A stretch of 32,000 nucleotides of DNA from assembly GCA_964528445.1 (NCBI GenBank), contig CAZGSL010000001.1, forward strand, positions 82,530-114,529. The letters are read 5' to 3'. Positions 27,071 to 32,000 of this stretch are shown here, in pieces. Under the pieces are notes generated by a model. The model was given only the letters and a program-made list of their open reading frames with translations, made no database searches and was not told the origin of the DNA. This DNA is from an uncultured Balneolaceae bacterium. GTDB taxonomy: Bacteria > Bacteroidota > Rhodothermia > Balneolales > Balneolaceae. Position numbers and translations under genes: made by a program. The stretch's first letter is position 1; the number at the start of each line of letters is the position of its first letter.

Positions 27071-27769
27071 ATGGAAATAACCAACGAGACCCTCGGAGCA
27101 CAGCAATCGCAGGAATCGCAGCAGCAGCAGAACCAGGCGCAGTCCCTGGGCAACAGCAACCTTGGGAAGGAGGATTTCCTCCAGTTGCTGGTGGCCCAGA
27201 TGAAGAACCAGGACCCCATCAACCCGATGGACGGTACCCAGTTCGCGTCACAGCTCGCGGAGTTCAACTCCGTTGAGCAGCTCATAAATCTGAACGACGG
27301 CATGAATCTGCTCGCCGAAAGCCAGCAGATGATGAATACGGGACTCAACAATACGATGGCCGCCTCCCTGGCCGGTAAATCGGTACGGGCGCTGAGCGAC
27401 AAGGTGGCGCTGGAGGCCGGCGGAAACGCGGACCTGCAGTTCAAGCTGAACAATACCGCCACCACCGCGGAGATCGCCATACGCGATTCGGGGGGGAATG
27501 TAGTGCGAACGCAGGAGCTGAGCAATCTGGGCAGCGGCGAGCATACCTGGACCTGGGACGGCCTCTCCGATGCCGGAAATCAAGCGGCGGAGGGGACCTA
27601 CTCGGTGGAAATATCGGCCTCAAACGGCGACAGCGAGGTTGATGCACTGACCTATATCGAGGGACAGGCCGACCGGGTGAGTTACTCGGGCAATGGAGTT
27701 CAGCTGCTGGTGGACGGAATCTTCGTACCCCTGGGCGATGTGGAGCAGATAGGTCTTTCGGAGGAGTAG
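27071..27769 (+). CDS. flgD: flagellar hook assembly (hook-cap) protein FlgD
   Basis: 'LGKEDFLQLLVAQMKNQDPINPMDGTQFASQLAEFNSVEQL' signature. Confidence 0.97.
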   Translation: MEITNETLGAQQSQESQQQQNQAQSLGNSNLGKEDFLQLLVAQMKNQDPINPMDGTQFASQLAEFNSVEQLINLNDGMNLLAESQQMMNTGLNNTMAASLAGKSVRALSDKVALEAGGNADLQFKLNNTATTAEIAIRDSGGNVVRTQELSNLGSGEHTWTWDGLSDAGNQAAEGTYSVEISASNGDSEVDALTYIEGQADRVSYSGNGVQLLVDGIFVPLGDVEQIGLSEE

Positions 27770-27770
27770 C

Positions 27771-28157
27771 ATGGATATTCGCCACATAACAGGCAGAGGT
27801 TCCCCGGAGGGTCCCCGAAAGGCGGGCGCCCCTGGTTCCGGGCCGGATGCCGCCCGGGAAAGCGGTCCTTCGTTCAAGGAGGTCCTGAAGCGGGCAGGCG
27901 GACTGGAGTTTTCGAAGCATGCGCTCGAACGGTTGGAGGATCGGTCCATTTCCCTGGATTCCTCGGATATTGACCGGCTGAGCGAAGCGGTCAACCGGGC
28001 GGCCTCCAAGGGGAGCAGGGACTCGCTCGTACTGGACGGGGAGAAGGCGTTCCTGGTGAACATACCGAACCAGACCGTCGTGACGGCGGTGGATATGATG
28101 GAGCTTCGCGAGAAGGTTTTTACCAATATAGACAGTACGGTTTTAACGAGACGATAA
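27771..28157 (+). CDS. TIGR02530-like flagellar operon protein
   Basis: 'GLEFSKHALERLEDRSISLDSSDIDRLSEAVNRAASKGSRDSLVLDGEKAFLVNIPNQTVVTAVDMMELREKVFTNIDSTVL' resembles the small protein found between flgD and flgE in Firmicutes-type operons. Confidence 0.85.
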   Translation: MDIRHITGRGSPEGPRKAGAPGSGPDAARESGPSFKEVLKRAGGLEFSKHALERLEDRSISLDSSDIDRLSEAVNRAASKGSRDSLVLDGEKAFLVNIPNQTVVTAVDMMELREKVFTNIDSTVLTRR

Positions 28158-28203
28158 CCAAAAACCAACATGAACCGGGCCGGACCCGCAAGGGAGGCCC
28201 ACC

Positions 28204-28229
28204 TGGCGGCCAAACGACAGAGGTCGCCA
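28204..28229 (+). promoter_or_regulatory. Candidate RNA hairpin in the flgE 5' leader
   Basis: TGGCGGCC (28204-28211) pairs with GGTCGCCA (28222-28229), 8 bp with one G-U, loop AAACGACAGA; ends 11 nt before GGAGGA (28241-28246). Confidence 0.5.
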
Positions 28230-28251
28230 CATAATCCAACGGAGGATTACT

Positions 28252-29871
28252 ATGTCACTAATGAAATCACTCAACTCTGGTGTGAGCGGGCTTCGCGCCT
28301 TTCAGACCAAGATGGATGTCATCGGAAACAATATCTCAAACGTCGAAACCACCGGTTTCAAGGCTTCGCGCATCACGTTTACGGAGATGCTGAGCCAGCA
28401 GATCGGCTCGGGGCAGAGTTCGGAGTCCGCTCCGAGCTCTGCTGCCAAAGTCGGACTGGGAACCCGGATCTCCTCGATCGACCGGGACTTCAACCAGGGA
28501 GGCTTGCAGGACACCGGGCGCAAATCGGACCTGGCCATCGAGGGGGACGGCTTCTTCATGGTCGAGGACGGGGAGCAGTCCTACCTGACCCGGGCGGGAA
28601 ATTTCGCCTTTAACAAGGACGGGTTCCTGGTGGACCAGTCCGGGCGGCAGGTGCAGGGATACAACGCGGGTTCCAACGGCGAGGTGCAGGCCAGTGGAAC
28701 CACCGACGGAATCCGGGTGGACTTCGAGAACATATTCAGTCCGCAGGCCACCCAGAACGTCTACATGGCGGGCAACCTGGGCTCGGAAACCAGCACGAAA
28801 CAGGTAGTCCAGGCGCAGTCGGCTTTCACCACCAACACGGGTGAAATCGCCGAGGAGGACACGCTGCTCAACGATCTGGCCCAGACCACTACCAACTTTG
28901 CGGCCGGAGATACCATCGATTTTGAATTCACGCTTAATGATGGGACAAATCAGACGATAACCCATACATATGCAGCCGGCGACACCCTCCAGGATGTCGT
29001 GGATACGATCAACGCGGGACTCGGGGCCGGAGAAGGCTCCGCCAGCCTGGTTGACGGCATGCTGGTGATTCGTTCCGCTCAGGCGGGCGACAGCCAGTTC
29101 AGCCTGGACAACACGGCGATCAACGGAACCGGCGTGATGACCATGCCCGGATTCCAGGTCGTCGAGGAAGGGAACACCGGCAACGTCTCCCTCAGCTCGA
29201 CGGTATACGACGAGCAGGGCAAGGCGCATACGCTGTTGCTGGAATTGACCCAGACCGATGCGAACACGTGGGAATACGAGGCCAGTTTCATGGACGGTGA
29301 GGAGATAACAGCCGGTCAAAACGGCACTCTCACCTTCGACAATACCGGAAACCTGACCAGCGACAATGCGCTGGCGATGGCCTTTGAGCCGGGTGACGGT
29401 GCGAATCCGGTGAACTTTACGCTGAACCTCGGGAATCCGGAGAACGGTTCCAAGGTGACGCAGTTCGCCGGTACAAGTTCGGCCAAGTTCGTCTCACAAG
29501 ATGGATTCGCGCAGGGCAAGCTGATCGATTACAGCATCGACGGTGACGGATATGTCAATGGCATATACGACAACGGCAAAAACATCAAGCTGGCCCAGGT
29601 GGCCGTTGCCGACGTCACCAACTACAACGGCCTGGAAACCCTGGGTGACGGGCTGTACCGAAATACCGTAGCATCCGGCGATGTCAGCATCAACACGGCT
29701 TCGAATCTTTCGGAGACCAAGTTGAATTCTGGCATGCTGGAAGGATCAAATGTCGATCTGGCGCGTGAGTTTACGGACATGATTACTTCGCAGAGGGCCT
29801 ACCAGTCCAATGCACGGGTAATCACGACCGCGGATGAACTTCTCGCTGAAGCCGTAAATCTCAAGCGCTGA
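28252..29871 (+). CDS. flgE: flagellar hook protein FlgE
   Basis: 'MSLMKSLNSGVSGLRAFQTKMDVIGNNISNVETTGFKASRITFTEML' N-terminus and 'SNVDLAREFTDMITSQRAYQSNARVITTADELLAEAVNLKR' C-terminus. Confidence 0.97.
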   Translation: MSLMKSLNSGVSGLRAFQTKMDVIGNNISNVETTGFKASRITFTEMLSQQIGSGQSSESAPSSAAKVGLGTRISSIDRDFNQGGLQDTGRKSDLAIEGDGFFMVEDGEQSYLTRAGNFAFNKDGFLVDQSGRQVQGYNAGSNGEVQASGTTDGIRVDFENIFSPQATQNVYMAGNLGSETSTKQVVQAQSAFTTNTGEIAEEDTLLNDLAQTTTNFAAGDTIDFEFTLNDGTNQTITHTYAAGDTLQDVVDTINAGLGAGEGSASLVDGMLVIRSAQAGDSQFSLDNTAINGTGVMTMPGFQVVEEGNTGNVSLSSTVYDEQGKAHTLLLELTQTDANTWEYEASFMDGEEITAGQNGTLTFDNTGNLTSDNALAMAFEPGDGANPVNFTLNLGNPENGSKVTQFAGTSSAKFVSQDGFAQGKLIDYSIDGDGYVNGIYDNGKNIKLAQVAVADVTNYNGLETLGDGLYRNTVASGDVSINTASNLSETKLNSGMLEGSNVDLAREFTDMITSQRAYQSNARVITTADELLAEAVNLKR

Positions 29872-29903
29872 TGGCATGAACTGACAACTTAATTCGTCTC
29901 TAC

Positions 29904-29950
29904 GCCCGTGCCGCTCCGCCCGGTCCCAAGCCGGGGGGTGCGGCACGGGC
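29904..29950. repeat. Nested strong inverted repeat (hairpin) between flgE and motA
   Basis: Outer arms GCCCGTGCCGC (29904-29914) and GCGGCACGGGC (29940-29950) are exact reverse complements (11 bp). Inner arms CCCGG (29919-29923) / CCGGG (29931-29935). No T-run follows. Confidence 0.9.
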
Positions 29951-29983
29951 CCCGGAGGCGACCATAAAGGATGTACTGCGACT

Positions 29984-30859
29984 GTGGATAAGTCAACTGT
30001 TATAGGATTGGTCGGTGGATTCGCCCTGGTGATCGTAGCTATTGTCACGCAGGGCGATTTTGGTATTTTCTTAAGTTTATCGGCCATCCTGATCGTGGGA
30101 GGGGGCGTTATCAGCTCATCTATCGTCAACTACAGTATCGATGAGGTTAAAAACACCGCCTCCCTCACGCTGGAGTACCTGAAATCCCGGCAGACCGATC
30201 TGCGAACAGATATCGAGCTGATGAACATGTTCGCCCGCAAGGCCCGGAGGGAGGGCCTTCTTCGGCTGGAGGAGGATGTCCACCACGTTAACAACAACTA
30301 TCTGCAGAACGGGCTGCAGCTGGCCATCGACGGCACCGAGAAAAACACGCTGATCACCATCCTGGACGACCAGCTGGAGAGCGCCCGCCGCAACCTGAAC
30401 AAGAGCGTATCCATCCTCTACAGCATGGCCGAATACTCGCCTGCGTTCGGGATGATCGGGACGGTGATCGGCCTGATCCTGATGCTGCAGAACATCCAGG
30501 ACCCCGAGGCGCTGGGAGCAGGCCTGGCCGTGGCGTTGCTGACCACCCTCTACGGCACCGTTTTTGCCAACATGGTATTCATGCCCCTGGCCGGGAAACT
30601 GGAATACCTCGGCGAGAAACAGCTGATTCGCAACGAGATGTTCAAATCGGCCGTTATCTCGATCGTGGACGAGGAGAACCCGCGCCTGATGGAGAACAAG
30701 ATGCTGAACTACGTCTCCCCCTCCCAGCGGGCCGAATACCGGGCCTATTACAACGAGCACAGCTTCAACAAGAAGCGAGAGGAGAAGCTCTACGAACACT
30801 GGATTAACATACAGAACAACTCATGGCAAGATCTTCAGACAGTTCTGGAAACTGGCTAA
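29984..30859 (+). CDS. motA: flagellar motor stator protein MotA
   Basis: 'MDKSTVIGLVGGFALVIVAI', 'YSPAFGMIGTVIGLILMLQNIQDPEALGAGLAVALLTTLYGTVFANMVFMPLAGKL'. GTG start. Confidence 0.95.
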   Translation: MDKSTVIGLVGGFALVIVAIVTQGDFGIFLSLSAILIVGGGVISSSIVNYSIDEVKNTASLTLEYLKSRQTDLRTDIELMNMFARKARREGLLRLEEDVHHVNNNYLQNGLQLAIDGTEKNTLITILDDQLESARRNLNKSVSILYSMAEYSPAFGMIGTVIGLILMLQNIQDPEALGAGLAVALLTTLYGTVFANMVFMPLAGKLEYLGEKQLIRNEMFKSAVISIVDEENPRLMENKMLNYVSPSQRAEYRAYYNEHSFNKKREEKLYEHWINIQNNSWQDLQTVLETG

Positions 30860-31560
30860 TGACATATGCCGACTTTATCACCCTCATGATGATCTTTTTC
30901 ATCGTGCTCTACACCTTTACGCCCGGCGTGGAGCAAAACAAGTTTGAAGCCATTGTGGGAGCGTTTAAGGGGAAACAGGGGGTGCTGAACTACGACGCGG
31001 TATTCAGCAGCGAGATGCCGGACATCGAGATGCAGCGCGCGAAGAACTGGGAGCAGCTTCGCCAGTACATCAGCGAACAGGATCTGAGCGACGCGGTGGA
31101 GCTGGAGATGACGCCCTCCGGGGTGCGCATCATCCTGGGGGAATCGGTCACGTTCGATACCTATTCGGCCGAACTGAAACCTGCCGCCCCGCCCATCCTG
31201 CAGACGATCCTGCAGACCATCGAGGAGTACGAGGCGGAGGAGCTCCGGGAACTGGAGATCCAGGGGCACACCGACAACCGCCCCGTTCGCCCGGGAGCCC
31301 GCCAGTACCAGAGCAACTGGGAACTCGGCGCGGCGCGGGCCACTTCAGTCTTGTCCTTTTTTGTCGATAACAGTTCCATAGATCCCGCTTTGATCAAAGC
31401 CAGCACCTTCAGCCAGTACCGGCCGCGGACCGAGAACGAGACGGTCGAGGGACGGCGGAAAAATCGGCGGGTGGAGATATTTGTCCGGTATCATATTCCG
31501 GAGGAACCGACCTCCCTGCCGGACGGCACACCTGAAGAGCTAACACAAGAATCTGAGTAG
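30823..31560 (+). CDS. motB: flagellar motor stator protein MotB (OmpA-like C-terminus)
   Basis: 'GNWLMTYADFITLMMIFFIVLYTFTPG' plug/TM segment with conserved Asp; 'ELEIQGHTDNRPV...NWELGAARATSVLSFF' OmpA-like peptidoglycan-binding region. Overlaps motA by 37 nt. Confidence 0.95.
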   Translation: MARSSDSSGNWLMTYADFITLMMIFFIVLYTFTPGVEQNKFEAIVGAFKGKQGVLNYDAVFSSEMPDIEMQRAKNWEQLRQYISEQDLSDAVELEMTPSGVRIILGESVTFDTYSAELKPAAPPILQTILQTIEEYEAEELRELEIQGHTDNRPVRPGARQYQSNWELGAARATSVLSFFVDNSSIDPALIKASTFSQYRPRTENETVEGRRKNRRVEIFVRYHIPEEPTSLPDGTPEELTQESE

Positions 31561-31562
31561 GA

Positions 31563-32000
31563 ATGGCTAGAGACGAGAAAAAGGGACCCGGGGCAGAAAA
31601 GAAGGAATCCACCGAAAAAAGTTCCGGGCAGCAGGAGGAGAAAGGTAAAATATTTAGCAGGTATGGAAAAATTTTCCTCATACTGGCGGTCATGCTCGGC
31701 CAGTCGGGGGGCGCCTACGCAATTATCAATACCTATTACGATCAGATCCACAGCTGGGTCAGGAGTATGCAGACCCGGGGCGGGGTCTACCACAACTTTG
31801 AAGACATCATTATAAACCCGGCGAATTCCGGGGGAGAACGCTACCTGATCCTCAGTGTGTCCGTAGAAATGCAGTCTGAGAGCGATCAGGCCAGGCTGGA
31901 GCAGAACCAGGTGCGCATTATCGACCAGATCAACCAGATCCTCTCCAAGCGTACGGCGGACGAACTGGTCAACCTTCAGACCCGCAAGGAGATCAAAAGG
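31563..32000 (+). CDS. fliL: FliL-like flagellar basal body-associated protein, 5' part (runs off window)
   Basis: Own translation from ATG 31563: MARDEKKGPGAEKKESTEKSSGQQEEKGKIFSRYGKIFLILAVMLGQSGGAYAIINTYYDQ...INPANSGGERYLILSVSVEMQSESDQARLEQNQVRIIDQINQILSKRTADELVNLQTRKEIKR. Single N-terminal TM, FliL-like beta segment, follows motAB. Confidence 0.82.
   Translation, partial: MARDEKKGPGAEKKESTEKSSGQQEEKGKIFSRYGKIFLILAVMLGQSGGAYAIINTYYDQIHSWVRSMQTRGGVYHNFEDIIINPANSGGERYLILSVSVEMQSESDQARLEQNQVRIIDQINQILSKRTADELVNLQTRKEIKR

Noticed and set aside
28170-28613. 147-aa ORF covering the flgE leader
   Set aside because: It overlaps 362 nt of flgE in another frame and its translation looks like out-of-frame Arg/Gly-rich sequence; the leader is better explained as non-coding.
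1-32000. CRISPR arrays, transposases, integrases, toxin-antitoxin or defence genes
   Set aside because: No regularly spaced repeats and no such protein motifs seen in any plausible coding frame; all major ORFs are accounted for by metabolic, efflux, Bat or flagellar functions.

Overview
The window appears to be an ordinary chromosomal segment from a Balneolota/Rhodothermota-like bacterium; this placement is my inference from protein style and gene content and was not searched. The left 17 kb holds housekeeping genes: a 2-oxoacid dehydrogenase E2 C-terminus, panC, panD, an efflux set (HlyD/MacA-like adaptor, MacB-like permease without an ATPase, TolC-like), a Tat-signal Gfo/Idh/MocA oxidoreductase, an M20 dipeptidase, a partial Bat cluster (batE, batD, batC-like), a YebC/PmpR regulator, bshA, sucC and a PAS histidine kinase. 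From about 17.5 kb to the right edge runs a co-directional flagellar operon: flgB, flgC, an unidentified 75-aa ORF, fliE, fliF, fliG, fliH, fliI, fliJ, a MotE/YlxF-like gene, fliK, flgD, a TIGR02530-like gene, flgE, motA, motB and fliL (cut by the window edge). The most notable non-coding signals are: (1) a textbook sigma-54 (-24/-12) element TGGCAC-N5-TTGC just upstream of flgB, divergent from a PAS histidine kinase; (2) the only two large gaps in the operon both flank flgE and both contain RNA hairpins, the downstream one with an 11-bp perfect outer stem; (3) a perfect 24-bp inverted repeat between the tolC-like gene and the oxidoreductase, flanked by related direct repeats and lacking a terminal U-tract; (4) the small uncharacterised ORF between flgC and fliE. 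I found no CRISPR, rRNA, tRNA, transposase or recognisable defence system.
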